DNA of 64,000 nt. Source: Frankiales bacterium. Lineage in GTDB: Bacteria > Actinomycetota > Actinomycetes > Mycobacteriales > SCTD01. The notes beneath the pieces were generated by a model, which was given only the letters and a program-made list of their open reading frames with translations, did not search any database and was not told the origin of the DNA. Shown in pieces: positions 42,832-53,027 of this stretch (position 1 is its first letter; each line of letters opens with the position of its first letter). The stretch is taken from positions 8,099-72,098 of the forward strand of contig JAODND010000034.1 in NCBI GenBank assembly GCA_025465465.1. Direction: 5' to 3'. Position numbers and translations under genes: made by a program.

Positions 42832-44112
42832 GTGACTCTCGCCATCCGCTATGCCGCCCGGTCCCACGCCGGGTTGCTGAGGTCGCTCAACGAGGACAGC
42901 GTGTACGCCGGTCCGCGGCTGCTCGCCGTGGCCGACGGGATGGGCGGACACGCCGCGGGTGAGGTCGCGAGCGCGGTGGCCATCGCGAGCGTCGCCCCCC
43001 TCGACGAGGACGCCCCCGGCGCGGACCTGCTGAAGGCCCTGCGGGACGCGGCCATGACCGCCAACGACCAGCTGCGCGCGATGGCAGAAGCCGACGACGC
43101 GCTGTCGGGGATGGGCACGACCCTCGTCGCGCTGCTGTTCTCCGGATCGCGCGTCGGGCTCGCACACGTCGGCGACTCCCGCTGCTACCTGCTGCGCGAC
43201 GGCGAGCTCAGCCAGATCACCCATGACCACACGTTGGTGCAGGCGCTGGTCGACGAGGGCCGCATCAGCGAGGAGGAGGCCCGCAGCCACCCGCAGAAGT
43301 CCGTCGTCACGCGAGTGATGGACGGCCGCACCGACGTGGAGCTCGACCTGTCGGTCCGCGACGTCCGCGTCGGCGACCGGTTCCTCGTCTGCAGCGACGG
43401 GCTCACCGGACCGGTCGGCAGCCTCGACACCCTGCGCGAGGCGCTGCTGATCGCCGACCCGCAGGAGTCCGTCGACCGGCTGGTGCAGCTGGCGCTGCGC
43501 GGTGGCGGGCCGGACAACGTGACCGCGATCGTCGCCGACGTGATCGACAGCAACGGGCCCTCCGACGTGCGCGGCCTGCCACCCATCGTCGCCGGCGCGG
43601 CAGCGGAGTCACCGCAGGAGGCACCACCCGGTATCGCCGACAGCCCCGCCTCCCGGGCACGGGTCGCCGAAGGACGAGACGCCGCCCCAGCCGTCCGGGC
43701 CCGACCGGCCCCGCCACCACGCAGGCGCGGCAAGGCGCTCGCCTGGCTGCTCGCGTCCCTCGTCGTCGTCGCCGTCGCCGCGGTCGCCGGCGTGCTCTAC
43801 ATCCGGTCGCAGTTCTACGTCGGCTTCGACAAGGACGACGTCGCGGTCTTCCGCGGGGTGCAGGGCCACATCGCCGGGGTCTCGTTCTCGACCGTCGCGG
43901 ACAAGAGCACGCTGACCCGCAGCCAGCTGTCCGACATCGAGGCCGAACGCGTTCAGGACGGCATCCCGGCCACCGACGAGAAGGACGCCCGGGCCATCGT
44001 CGACCGGCTGATCGCGCAGACCCAGTGCGCGTCCCCGACCCCGTCAGCCACCCCGACAGCCACCCCCGGCCCGACCCCGAGCCCCAGCCCCAGCCCCGCG
44101 ACCAGCTGCTGA
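42832..44112 (+). CDS. pstP: PP2C-family Ser/Thr phosphatase
   Basis: GTG 42832. RSHAGLLRSLNEDSVYAG...AVADGMGGHAAGEVAS...GMGTTL...VCSDGL...GGPDNVT, then a TM segment and a Pro/Thr/Ser tail. Confidence 0.93.
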   Translation: MTLAIRYAARSHAGLLRSLNEDSVYAGPRLLAVADGMGGHAAGEVASAVAIASVAPLDEDAPGADLLKALRDAAMTANDQLRAMAEADDALSGMGTTLVALLFSGSRVGLAHVGDSRCYLLRDGELSQITHDHTLVQALVDEGRISEEEARSHPQKSVVTRVMDGRTDVELDLSVRDVRVGDRFLVCSDGLTGPVGSLDTLREALLIADPQESVDRLVQLALRGGGPDNVTAIVADVIDSNGPSDVRGLPPIVAGAAAESPQEAPPGIADSPASRARVAEGRDAAPAVRARPAPPPRRRGKALAWLLASLVVVAVAAVAGVLYIRSQFYVGFDKDDVAVFRGVQGHIAGVSFSTVADKSTLTRSQLSDIEAERVQDGIPATDEKDARAIVDRLIAQTQCASPTPSATPTATPGPTPSPSPSPATSC

Positions 44113-45527
44113 TGACGTCCTTCACCCTCCCCAAGCCACCCGGCCGCACCGGGCGCTCGGCCGAGCTCGTCCTGCTGGTCTTCGCCGTCGCACTGGCGGC
44201 GCTCGGCTACACCGCGGTCCAGGTCGCCGTCACCGGCTCGCCCAGCGGCGGGATCCTGAGCTACGCCCTCGGCCTCGGCGTGCTCTACGGCCTCGCGCAC
44301 CTCGCGGTACGCCGATGGGCGCCGTATGCCGACCCGCTGCTGCTCCCGTGCGTCGGCCTGCTCAACGGACTCGGCCTGGTGATGATCCGGCGACTCGACC
44401 TCGCGGCCGCGGAGTCCGCGCGCCAGCAGGGCAAGGTGATCCCCCGCGCCGACGCTCCGCTGCAGCTCGTCTGGACCGTCATCGGCGTGGTCGCGTTCGT
44501 GGCGCTGCTCGCCGTCGTGCGCGACCACACCAGGCTCACCCGATACGCCTACACCTGCGCCGCGGCCGGCCTCGTGCTCCTCATGCTTCCCGCCGTACCA
44601 GGAGTGGGCGCCACCATCAACGGCGCCCGCCTCTGGATCCGGGTCGGGCCCCTGACGGTGCAGCCGAGCGAGGTCGCGAAGATCCTGCTGATGGTGTTCT
44701 TCGCGGCGTTTCTCGTGGCGAAGCGCGACGTGCTGTCGCTCGCCAGCCGACGGATTCTGGGGCTGGACCTGCCGCGGGCCCGCGACCTCGGACCCGTCCT
44801 CGTGGCCTGGGGGTTCTCGATCCTCGTCCTCGTGCGCGAGAACGACCTCGGCAGCTCGCTGCTGTTCTTCGGCATCTTCGTCGCGATGCTCTACATCGCG
44901 ACCGAGCGCACGAGCTGGCTGCTCATCGGGCTGTCGATGTTCCTCGCCTCGAGCTTCCTCGTCTACGGGTTGTTCGCCCACGTGCAGAGGCGGGTCGACA
45001 CCTGGCTGGACCCCTTCGCCTACAGCAGCGGCAACGGCTACCAGATCGTGCAGGGCTTCTTCGGCATGGGCACGGGCGGCATCTTCGGTACCGGCCTCGG
45101 TGAGGGGTCGCCGGGCACGGTTCCCTATGCCAAGACCGACTTCATCGTCGCCGCGATCGGCGAGGAGCTCGGGCTCGTCGGGGTCATGGCGGTGCTGGTG
45201 GTGTTCCTCGTCGTCGTCGCTCGCGGGCTGCGGGCCGCGATCGGCTGCCGCGACTCCTTCGGCAAGCTGCTCGCAGGTGGGCTCGCCTTCTCCATGGGGC
45301 TTCAGGTGTTCGTCATCGTGGGCGGCGTCACCGGCCTCATCCCGCTGACGGGTGTGACCTTGCCGTTCCTGTCCTACGGCGGGTCCAGCGTCGTCACCAA
45401 CTACGTGCTCATCGCGCTGCTGCTCCGCATCAGCGACGCCGGCCGCCGCCCGGCGCCGGCGCCGGTGTCGCCGGCCGCGGCTCGGGCCCAGCTGGCCGAC
45501 GCGCCGACGACTGTGGTGCGGCGATGA
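44112..45527 (+). CDS. rodA: FtsW/RodA/SpoVE family peptidoglycan glycosyltransferase
   Basis: ATG 44112 overlaps the pstP stop (TGATG). About 10 TM. QPSEVAKILLMVFFAAFL, TDFIVAAIGEELGLVG, and PLTGVTLPFLSYGGSS. Confidence 0.93.
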   Translation: MTSFTLPKPPGRTGRSAELVLLVFAVALAALGYTAVQVAVTGSPSGGILSYALGLGVLYGLAHLAVRRWAPYADPLLLPCVGLLNGLGLVMIRRLDLAAAESARQQGKVIPRADAPLQLVWTVIGVVAFVALLAVVRDHTRLTRYAYTCAAAGLVLLMLPAVPGVGATINGARLWIRVGPLTVQPSEVAKILLMVFFAAFLVAKRDVLSLASRRILGLDLPRARDLGPVLVAWGFSILVLVRENDLGSSLLFFGIFVAMLYIATERTSWLLIGLSMFLASSFLVYGLFAHVQRRVDTWLDPFAYSSGNGYQIVQGFFGMGTGGIFGTGLGEGSPGTVPYAKTDFIVAAIGEELGLVGVMAVLVVFLVVVARGLRAAIGCRDSFGKLLAGGLAFSMGLQVFVIVGGVTGLIPLTGVTLPFLSYGGSSVVTNYVLIALLLRISDAGRRPAPAPVSPAAARAQLADAPTTVVRR

Positions 45528-45531
45528 CGCC

Positions 45532-46995
45532 ATGAACAGGCCACTGCGCCGGGTCGGCCTGGCCTGCCTCGTGCTGTTCGGACTGCTGCTGCTGCAGGTC
45601 AACTGGATCCAGGTCGTCAAGGCCAAGGACTACCGCAACGACCCGCGCAACCGACGCGTGCTGCTGCGGACCTACGACCGCGAGCGCGGCCCGATCGTCG
45701 TGGGCAGCGGCAAGAACCGGCTCGCCGTGGCCAAGTCGATGGTGACCACGGACGCGTTGAAGTACCTGCGGGTCTATCCGGGTAAGGAGGCCTACGCGCC
45801 CGTCACGGGGTTCGCCTCGTTCGTCTACGGCTACACCGGCATCGAGCGACAGGAGAACTCGGTGCTGTCCGGCGACGACGAGCGACTCCTCGTACGCCGG
45901 CTGTCCGACTACATCACCGGCCGCCAGGTCAAGGGCGGCACGGTCGAGCTGACCCTGCAGGACAAGGCGCAACGGGCGGCGTACAACGGGCTCGCGGGCA
46001 AGCGCGGCGCAGTCGTGGCCCTCGATCCCCGCACCGGGGCGATCCTCGCCGAGGCCACCTCACCGTCGTACGACCCGGCAGCGGTGTCCTCCCACGACGC
46101 GAAGGGCATCCGGGCCGCCTACCAGCAGCTGCTCGGGCTGACCACCGACCCGATGACCAACCGAGCGGTGCAGCGCACCTACCCTCCGGGTTCGACCTTC
46201 AAGGTCATCACCTCCGCCGCGGCGCTGGCGCACGGCTACTCGCCGACGACGCGGATCCCCTCGCCGCCGGTCCTCAACCTGCCCGGCACGACCGCCAACC
46301 TGGGCAACTTCGGCGGCGAGCACTGCGGTGACAACAAGACCGACACGCTGCTCGACTCCCTGGTCATCTCCTGCAACACGGCGTTCGGCGCCCTCGGCAT
46401 GAAGCTCGGCCAGGACGTCGTGCGGCAGCAGGCGGAGGCGTTCGGGTTCGGCGACTCCTCTCTCGACCTGCCGCAGCCCGTCGCCGGCTCGGTGTTCCCG
46501 ACCGACCTCACCCAGGCACAGACGGCGCAGTCGTCCATCGGTCAGTACGACGTGCGCGTCACGCCCCTGCAGATGGCCCTGGTCGCAGCGGGCATCGGCA
46601 ACGGCGGCGACGTCATGCGGCCGTACCTCGTCAAGGACGTCCTCGCCCCTGACCTGTCGACGCTCGGCAAGGCCGACGTGAAGCTCTACCGGCACGCCGT
46701 GTCGTCCTCGGTCGCGGCTCAGCTGACGGCCATGATGGTTGCCGTGGTCGCCCGCGGCACCGGCACGGCAGCCCAGATCACTGGCGTCACCGTCGCCGGC
46801 AAGACCGGCACCGCGCAGCACGGGCCCGGCGCCGCACCGCACGCCTGGTTCATCGGCTTCGCGCCGGCAGTCAACCCTGTCGTCGCGGTCGCGGTCGTCG
46901 TCGAGGACGGCGGGTCGCTCGGTTCGGACGCCACCGGCGGCAAGGTCGCCGCCCCGATCGCCAAGGCCGTCATGGAAGCTGTCCTGCACCCATGA
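45532..46995 (+). CDS. pbpA: class B penicillin-binding protein (transpeptidase)
   Basis: N-terminal TM. PGSTFKVIT (SxxK), SCN (SxN), and KTGTA (KTG). Confidence 0.93.
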   Translation: MNRPLRRVGLACLVLFGLLLLQVNWIQVVKAKDYRNDPRNRRVLLRTYDRERGPIVVGSGKNRLAVAKSMVTTDALKYLRVYPGKEAYAPVTGFASFVYGYTGIERQENSVLSGDDERLLVRRLSDYITGRQVKGGTVELTLQDKAQRAAYNGLAGKRGAVVALDPRTGAILAEATSPSYDPAAVSSHDAKGIRAAYQQLLGLTTDPMTNRAVQRTYPPGSTFKVITSAAALAHGYSPTTRIPSPPVLNLPGTTANLGNFGGEHCGDNKTDTLLDSLVISCNTAFGALGMKLGQDVVRQQAEAFGFGDSSLDLPQPVAGSVFPTDLTQAQTAQSSIGQYDVRVTPLQMALVAAGIGNGGDVMRPYLVKDVLAPDLSTLGKADVKLYRHAVSSSVAAQLTAMMVAVVARGTGTAAQITGVTVAGKTGTAQHGPGAAPHAWFIGFAPAVNPVVAVAVVVEDGGSLGSDATGGKVAAPIAKAVMEAVLHP

Positions 46996-48647
46996 GCGAG
47001 CTGCTGGGTGGGCGCTACCGCCTGGGCGAGGTGATCGGACGCGGCGGCATGGCCGAGGTCCGGCACGCGACCGACGTGCGTCTCGGCCGCGACGTCGCGG
47101 TCAAGGTGCTGCGCGCGGACCTCGCCGCCGACCCGTCGTTCCAGTCCCGGTTCCGTCGCGAGGCGCAGTCGGCAGCGGCGCTGGACGCGCCCACCGTCGT
47201 GGCCGTCTACGACACCGGCGAGGACCACCGCGGCGTGCCGTGGATCGTCATGGAGTACGTCGACGGGCGCACGTTGCGCGACGTCCTGACGACCGAGGGA
47301 CGGCTGCTGCCCCAGCGCGCCTTCGAGGTGACCGCCGACGTGTGCTCGGCCCTGGAGGTCGCGCACGACGCCGGCATGGTCCACCGCGACATCAAGCCGG
47401 CGAACGTCATGCTCACCTCGCGCGGCGAGGTCAAGGTGATGGACTTCGGCATCGCCCGCGCGGCCGCCGGCAACGAGTCGACGATGACCAGCACCGAGTC
47501 GGTGATCGGGACGGCGGCCTACCTCTCGCCCGAGCAGGCTCGCGGCGAGCACGTCGACGCGCGCTCGGACATCTACTCGACCGGCTGCCTGCTCTACGAG
47601 CTCGTCACCGGGTCGCCGCCCTTCACCGGCGACTCCGCCGTGGCAGTCGCCTACCAGCACGTCCGCGAGAACCCGGTCCCGCCGTCGGAGTTCGACCCTG
47701 CCCTGAGCAGGGACACGGCCGCGACCCTCGACGCGGTCGTCCTCAAGGCGATGGCCAAGAACCCCGCCAACCGCTACCAGTCGGCCGACGAGATGCGCGA
47801 GGACCTGCTGCGCGCGGTGGCCGGCCGACCCGTCCTCGCGACCCCGGTGCTGGACGAGGCAGTGGCGGCGGTGTCGGAGGTCCCCCAGCGGCTGCGCAAC
47901 GGCACCGTCGTCTACGCGATCGCGGCCGTCGTCGCGGTGATCCTCGCCGTCGCGAGCGGACTGTTCGTGCACACCCTGCTCGGCACGCCCAGCGACCTGG
48001 TCAAGCCGCCGGACGTCGTCGGGCTCCGGCAGGCCGCCGCCATCCAGCAGCTCGCCATCGAGGGCTTCGTCGTCAAGGACGTCATCGCCCAGCCGCATGC
48101 CGAGGCCGCCGGCATCGTCTTCGACCAGAACCCCGACAAGAACTTCCTCATCAAGAAGGGGTCGGGGATCACGCTCACGGTCTCGCAGGGTCCGGTTCTC
48201 GCGATGGTTCCCCAGCTCGCCGGCCTCAGCAGGGAGCAGGCGATCAGCGCGCTCAACGCGGCGAAGCTCAGCTATCGGCTGGACCCGCACCCGGGCAACT
48301 ATGCGGCCGGCCTGGTGCTCGGCAGCAACCCGCCCGCCGGGACGCAGGTGCAGATCGCGCCCGGCGTCCAGAAGCCCGTCGTGGCCGTGGCCATCACGTC
48401 GGGGACCAACCTCGTACCCGACGTCCGCAGCCTGACCCAGGAGCAGGCGGTCGGGATCCTCGGAGCCGCGGGCTTCGGCATCGCGGTGCGCGGAGTGCCG
48501 TCGCCGGTGACCCCGGGGACGGTGCTCGGCCAGACCCCCCTCAAGGCCTACGCACAGGTCGGGTCCAACGTCATGATCGACGTGGCCTACGACCCCGCCG
48601 GCCCCCCGCCCACCGGCCCCACCCCAACCCCCACCCCAACCCCCTGA
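46992..48647 (+). CDS. pknB: Ser/Thr protein kinase with three extracellular PASTA domains
   Basis: The ATG overlaps the pbpA stop (ATGA). GRGGMAEV...VAVKVL, HRDIKPANV, DFGIA, a TM segment, three PASTA-like repeats, and a Pro/Thr tail. Confidence 0.95.
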   Translation: MSELLGGRYRLGEVIGRGGMAEVRHATDVRLGRDVAVKVLRADLAADPSFQSRFRREAQSAAALDAPTVVAVYDTGEDHRGVPWIVMEYVDGRTLRDVLTTEGRLLPQRAFEVTADVCSALEVAHDAGMVHRDIKPANVMLTSRGEVKVMDFGIARAAAGNESTMTSTESVIGTAAYLSPEQARGEHVDARSDIYSTGCLLYELVTGSPPFTGDSAVAVAYQHVRENPVPPSEFDPALSRDTAATLDAVVLKAMAKNPANRYQSADEMREDLLRAVAGRPVLATPVLDEAVAAVSEVPQRLRNGTVVYAIAAVVAVILAVASGLFVHTLLGTPSDLVKPPDVVGLRQAAAIQQLAIEGFVVKDVIAQPHAEAAGIVFDQNPDKNFLIKKGSGITLTVSQGPVLAMVPQLAGLSREQAISALNAAKLSYRLDPHPGNYAAGLVLGSNPPAGTQVQIAPGVQKPVVAVAITSGTNLVPDVRSLTQEQAVGILGAAGFGIAVRGVPSPVTPGTVLGQTPLKAYAQVGSNVMIDVAYDPAGPPPTGPTPTPTPTP

Positions 48648-48651
48648 CCCG

Positions 48652-49296
48652 TCAGGTGAAGGCGGCGAGGCGCTTGGATTCGACGTGCTCCGAGAGCGCG
48701 GGCGCCCGGTCGAGCGCATGGTCGTCGCCGCACTGGCGCAGCCAGCTCGCCAGCAGCAGGTGACCGCCCTGGGTCAGCACCGACTCCGGGTGGAACTGCA
48801 CCCCTTCGACGGGCAGGTCGCGGTGCCGCAGCGCCATGACCACGCCGCTCGGGGTGCGGCCCGTCACCTTCAGCTCCGAAGGCAACGTGTCCTCCTCGAC
48901 AGCGAGCGAGTGGTAACGGGTCGCGGTGAAGGGCGTGGGCAGCGCGTGCAGCACACCGGCGTGCTGGTGCACGACCTCACTGGTCTTGCCGTGCAGCAGC
49001 TCGGGTGCCCGGCTCACCGTTGCGCCGTGCGCGACCGCGATGGCCTGGTGACCGAGGCAGACGCCGAGCAGCGGCACCCCCTTGTCCTCGCACGCGCCGA
49101 CGAGCTCGACCGAGCAGCCGGCGTCCTCGGGGACACCCGGGCCGGGTGACAGCAGCACACCGTCGTACCCGTCCACGTCGTTGACCCCGACCTCGTCGTT
49201 GCGGCGCACGACCGTGTCCGCGCCGAGCTGGCCGAGGTACTGGACCAGGTTGAACACGAAGCTGTCGTAGTTGTCGACGACGAGGACACGGACCAC
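48652..49296 (-). CDS. trpG: anthranilate/aminodeoxychorismate synthase component II (glutamine amidotransferase)
   Basis: MVRVLVVDNYDSFVFNLVQYLGQLG...LGVCLGHQ (catalytic Cys)...GVQFHPES. Confidence 0.9.
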   Translation of the reverse strand: MVRVLVVDNYDSFVFNLVQYLGQLGADTVVRRNDEVGVNDVDGYDGVLLSPGPGVPEDAGCSVELVGACEDKGVPLLGVCLGHQAIAVAHGATVSRAPELLHGKTSEVVHQHAGVLHALPTPFTATRYHSLAVEEDTLPSELKVTGRTPSGVVMALRHRDLPVEGVQFHPESVLTQGGHLLLASWLRQCGDDHALDRAPALSEHVESKRLAAFT

Positions 49297-49305
49297 GTCG
49301 CCAAC

Positions 49306-51273
49306 CTACTTCTTCGCGGGTGCCTTCTTGGCCGGCGCCTTCTTCGCTGCGGGAGCGGCCTTGCGCGCCTTGGGGGCGCTCGACGGCACCGATGCCGGCT
49401 TGACCTCGCCCGCCTGCTTGGCCGCCTCCTCCTCGACGAGCACCCGCCGCAGCACCTTGCCGACCGTGTTGCGCGGCAGCTCGGTCCGGAACTCCACCAG
49501 CTTCGGGACCTTGTACGCCGTCAGGCTGGCCGAGCAGTGCGCGACCACGTCGTCCTCGGTGAGCTTGGCGCCGGGGGCCTTCACGACGAACGCCTTGACG
49601 GTCTCGCCGCGGTACTTGTCCGGGACACCGATGACGACAGCGTCCTGCACGCCCGCGAGCGCGAACAGCACCTCCTCCACCTCGGACGGGTAGATGTTGA
49701 AGCCGCCCGCGATGATGAGCTCCTTCTTGCGGTCGACGACGAAGAAGTAGCCGTCCTCATCCATCACCGCGACATCGCCTGTGAGCACATAGCCGTCGCG
49801 GGTGAAGACGCCGGTCTGGTCCGTACGACCCCAGTAGCCCGAGAACACCTGCGGGCCGGCGATCGCGAGCTCGCCCGGCTGGCCGACCGGGACCTCCTTG
49901 GACGGGTCGTCCTGGTCGACGATCTTCACCGACGTGCCGGGGAGCGGCAGTCCGATGGAGCCGGGCTTGCCCAGGCCGTCGGTCGGGTTGGCGTGCGTCG
50001 AAGGCGAGGTCTCGGTCATGCCGTAGCCCTCGATGAGGGTCGCGCCGGAGACGCGGCTGAAGTGCTCGGCGATCTCGACCGGCAGCTTCATGGCACCGGA
50101 GACGCAGAGCCGGATGCTCTTCAGGTCGGTGGTGCGCGCCTTCGGGTGGTCCGCGATCGCCTTGTACATAGGGGGAACCGCCGGAAACAGCGTCGGCTTC
50201 CACTCCGCGATCGTGCTGAAGACGAGGTCGAGGTCCCACTTGGGAATCAGCACCAGGGTGCCGCCCAGCAGGATCGTGTTGGTCATCGCGACGGTGAGGC
50301 CGTAGGCGTGGAACAGCGGGATCGCGGCCAGGGTGATCTCCGTGCCGCCCTTCGCCTCGATGTCCCAGAGCCGGTTCATGTAGGCGTTGCTCACCAGGTT
50401 GCCGTGGCTGAGCATCGCCCCCTTCGCCAGGCCGGTGGTTCCGCCGGTGTACTGCAACAGGGCGAGGTCGGAGGACTCGACCGGCTCCTGGCGGGTGACG
50501 GGCGTGGCCGACTTCATGATGGCCGTGAAGTCCTTCACCGCGGCGCCTCGCGGCAGGACTGCCGACAGCTCGGCGCGCGTCCGCTTCGCCTTCTTCAGCG
50601 GCAGCCGCAGCTGGAGCTGCTTGGTGCGCGGCAGCCAGTCCGTGAGGGAGGTCGTCACGATGGTCTCGACGGCCGTGTCCTTCTGCACCTTCGCGACCCT
50701 GTCGTAGACCCGGTCGAGGCAGACCACGACCTTGGCACCGCAGTCCGCGAGCTGGTGGGCGAGCTCGGGCTCGGTGTAGAGCGGGTTGTGCTCGACGACG
50801 ACGGCACCGAGGCGCATCGCGGCGAACAGCGCGATCACGTTCTGCGGGCAGTTCGGCAGCACGAGCGCGACCCGGTCGCCCTTGGTCACGCCGAGCGCCT
50901 GCAGGGCGCCGGCGAAGCGGTCGACGTGGTCCTTGAGCTGCTTGTACGACGTCTTCGCACCGAGGAACGCCAGCGCGACGTGCGTGGGGTAGGAGGTGGC
51001 AGCGTCATCGAGCAACCGGGTCAGCGGGGTCGTCGGGAACAGGTAGGTGGTCGGCACGCCCTTCGGGTAGTGCGCGATCCACGGCTGGTCGCCGTACCTG
51101 GTCGCGGCCTTCTTGGCGGGAGCCTTCTTGGCCGGCGCCTTCGCGGCCGGCGCCTTCGCGGCGGGAGCCTTCTTGACCGGGGCCTTCTTGACCGGGGCCT
51201 TCTTGACCGGCGCCTTCTTGGCGGGAGCCTTCGCGGCGGGGGTCTTCTTGGTGGACGGGCTGGGGCCGGGCAC
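49306..51273 (-). CDS. long-chain fatty-acid--CoA ligase (AMP-binding) with Lys/Ala/Pro repeat tails at both termini
   Basis: AMP-binding core ([21 protein letters not shown]; GYGMTETS; GDV...[16 protein letters not shown]). The N-terminus is (KKAPx/AKAPA)n and the C-terminus is [18 protein letters not shown]. Start is GTG 51273 or ATG 51324. Confidence 0.85.
   Translation of the reverse strand: MPGPSPSTKKTPAAKAPAKKAPVKKAPVKKAPVKKAPAAKAPAAKAPAKKAPAKKAATRYGDQPWIAHYPKGVPTTYLFPTTPLTRLLDDAATSYPTHVALAFLGAKTSYKQLKDHVDRFAGALQALGVTKGDRVALVLPNCPQNVIALFAAMRLGAVVVEHNPLYTEPELAHQLADCGAKVVVCLDRVYDRVAKVQKDTAVETIVTTSLTDWLPRTKQLQLRLPLKKAKRTRAELSAVLPRGAAVKDFTAIMKSATPVTRQEPVESSDLALLQYTGGTTGLAKGAMLSHGNLVSNAYMNRLWDIEAKGGTEITLAAIPLFHAYGLTVAMTNTILLGGTLVLIPKWDLDLVFSTIAEWKPTLFPAVPPMYKAIADHPKARTTDLKSIRLCVSGAMKLPVEIAEHFSRVSGATLIEGYGMTETSPSTHANPTDGLGKPGSIGLPLPGTSVKIVDQDDPSKEVPVGQPGELAIAGPQVFSGYWGRTDQTGVFTRDGYVLTGDVAVMDEDGYFFVVDRKKELIIAGGFNIYPSEVEEVLFALAGVQDAVVIGVPDKYRGETVKAFVVKAPGAKLTEDDVVAHCSASLTAYKVPKLVEFRTELPRNTVGKVLRRVLVEEEAAKQAGEVKPASVPSSAPKARKAAPAAKKAPAKKAPAKK
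49309..49371 (-). repeat. C-terminal PAKKA-type coding repeat
   Basis: The last 21 codons read [21 protein letters not shown]. Confidence 0.85.
51113..51255 (-). repeat. 15-nt tandem coding repeat encoding (K/A)KAP(A/V) x ~9
   Basis: DNA: gccttcttggcggga/gccttcttggccggc/gccttcgcggccggc/... Protein: [48 protein letters not shown]. Confidence 0.9.
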
Positions 51274-51387
51274 GACAACGCCTCTCCGTGCACGAGGTGT
51301 GCACGTGCTACTGGACAACCGCACGACCCGGTTGCTGGTCCGGACAAGTGTGGCAGATCAGTGCTGTGGTGTGCGCCGCCGTCCGGT

Positions 51388-51555
51388 CTACCCGGAGCCG
51401 CCGGTGACGGTGACGTCGTTCCACGGCAGCTGCGGCTCGATCCACGGGAACACCACGAGCATGAGCAGCGCCACCACCGCGGTGAGCAGCAGCAGGGTCT
51501 GCAGCAGGCGCACCACGAGCGGCCCGGGCAGGTGCCGCCAGATCCAGACGTACAT
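51388..51555 (-). CDS. small membrane protein (55 aa) downstream of sortase
   Basis: ATG 51555 overlaps the sortase stop (TGATG). MYVWIWRHLPGPLVVRLLQTLLLLTAVVALLMLVVFPWIEPQLPWNDVTVTGGSG. Confidence 0.5.
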   Translation of the reverse strand: MYVWIWRHLPGPLVVRLLQTLLLLTAVVALLMLVVFPWIEPQLPWNDVTVTGGSG

Positions 51556-52244
51556 CAGCCGGTCACCACCCTCGCGAGCGCGGGCGGTACGACGCCGGGC
51601 TGCTTGGCGAGCGGAGTCGACAGGACGGCGTGCACGATGAGCCGGTTCTGGGCGGAGTACTTCGGGTTGCACGTCGTGAGGGTGAGCAGCCGCTTGGTCG
51701 GCCGCTCTCCCAGGTGCCCCGGGACCGGGTAGGTCACCTCCACCGCAGTCGGCTTCACGATCGTCTCGGCGGTGACGGTGTAGGTGTACCAGAAGGTCTG
51801 CGTCTCCAGGACGATCGCGTCACCGGGACGCAGCTCGTCGACCCGGTTGAAGGGCGCGAGGTAGGTCGTGCGGTGGCCACTGATGACGACGTTGCCGACC
51901 GCGCCGATCCGGGCACTCGTCGGGTAGTGGCCAGGCCCCTTCTTGAGGTCCTCGCGGCCGACGCCCTGGACCACGACGTAGTGGACGTCCTTGCCGAGCG
52001 TCGGAAACCAGATCCGCGCGATGCCCTTGCCGACCTGGTAGGGCAGCGGGTGGCGCGGGTCCGGAGCCGGCGCCTGGGCCCAGGTGCGATCGAGCCCCCG
52101 ACCGAGGTCGTGCTGCTGCCGCTCGGTGTAGAGACCGGTGACCCACAGCTCGTAGCCGCAGAACAGCAGGACCACGACACCGAGCGTGATGAGCGCCTGC
52201 CCGATCCCACGGGCGTACCAGCGCACGCGCTCAGCGGTGGTCAC
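51555..52244 (-). CDS. class E sortase
   Basis: N-terminal TM. NVVISGHRTT (catalytic His), LLTLTTCNP (TLxTC catalytic Cys), and RLIVHA (Arg). Confidence 0.9.
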   Translation of the reverse strand: MTTAERVRWYARGIGQALITLGVVVLLFCGYELWVTGLYTERQQHDLGRGLDRTWAQAPAPDPRHPLPYQVGKGIARIWFPTLGKDVHYVVVQGVGREDLKKGPGHYPTSARIGAVGNVVISGHRTTYLAPFNRVDELRPGDAIVLETQTFWYTYTVTAETIVKPTAVEVTYPVPGHLGERPTKRLLTLTTCNPKYSAQNRLIVHAVLSTPLAKQPGVVPPALARVVTG

Positions 52245-52984
52245 CCGGAGCCGGTCGTGGTCGGCAGGTCGAGCGTGCCGTCATAGGCAGGCAGGTGCAG
52301 CTGCCGCTCCGTGACCAGGTCGAAGCGCAGGCCGTAGTCGTCGACGTAGTGCTGGAACAGCGCGACGCCCGGCTCGACCTGGAGAGCGGCGCGCATGCCC
52401 GCCGCGTCGCCGATCGCCTTGATGACGAACGGCGGACCGATGAGCCTGCCCTGGACCAGCAGCGTGTTGCCGACGCACCGGACCGCGCTGGTGGACACGA
52501 TCCGCTCGCCCATGAGCGTCATCGCCTCCGCACCCCCCGACCAGAGCGCGTTGAGCACCGACTGGACATCTTGCTGGTGCACCACGAGGTCGTCGGGATT
52601 GTCGCTGGCAGGTGCCTCACCGGGCTTGCGGGGCGGGGCGTCGTCGAGGCTCACCGTGAGGCCGGGTCCGCGCACGGCCACCAGGCCCGCGCTGCCGAGC
52701 CACTGGTCGCCGCGCGCCTTCTCGGCTGCGACCGTCGAGGAGCCCGAGGCGGCCCCCTGGGTGGCCGCCGCTACCTCCCGGCGCAGGACCGCGGCCTGCT
52801 GCTCCTGCTTGCTCACGCTCTTGCTCGACGCGTCGATCAGGCTGGTCAGGTCGGAGAAGCGCCCGCCGCGCAGGTCGGTTCCCTGCGCGGTGTGCGCGCT
52901 CGCCGCGAACAGCAGCCCGGCCAGGAGCGCCGTCACCGGCACCAGCACCCGCCACGCCCGCGCGCGCGTCTCGGGAGTGGTCAC
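52241..52984 (-). CDS. DUF881 domain-containing protein
   Basis: N-terminal TM, a coiled-coil (SKSVSKQEQQAAVLRREVAAAT), and a C-terminal DUF881-like domain (LNALWSGGAEAMTLMGERIVSTSAVRCVGNTLLVQG). The stop overlaps the sortase start. Confidence 0.8.
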   Translation of the reverse strand: MTTPETRARAWRVLVPVTALLAGLLFAASAHTAQGTDLRGGRFSDLTSLIDASSKSVSKQEQQAAVLRREVAAATQGAASGSSTVAAEKARGDQWLGSAGLVAVRGPGLTVSLDDAPPRKPGEAPASDNPDDLVVHQQDVQSVLNALWSGGAEAMTLMGERIVSTSAVRCVGNTLLVQGRLIGPPFVIKAIGDAAGMRAALQVEPGVALFQHYVDDYGLRFDLVTERQLHLPAYDGTLDLPTTTGSG

Positions 52985-53027
52985 TCCGATACGCTAACCC
53001 GACCAGCCGTGCCAGGAGGTCGACGTC

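Noticed and set aside
41674-48647. Absence of a pknA gene between pbpA and pknB, and an unusually short FhaA (224 aa).
   Set aside because: To my knowledge a single pknB and short FhaA forms are common outside the Corynebacteriales. This is a lineage feature rather than an anomaly of this locus.
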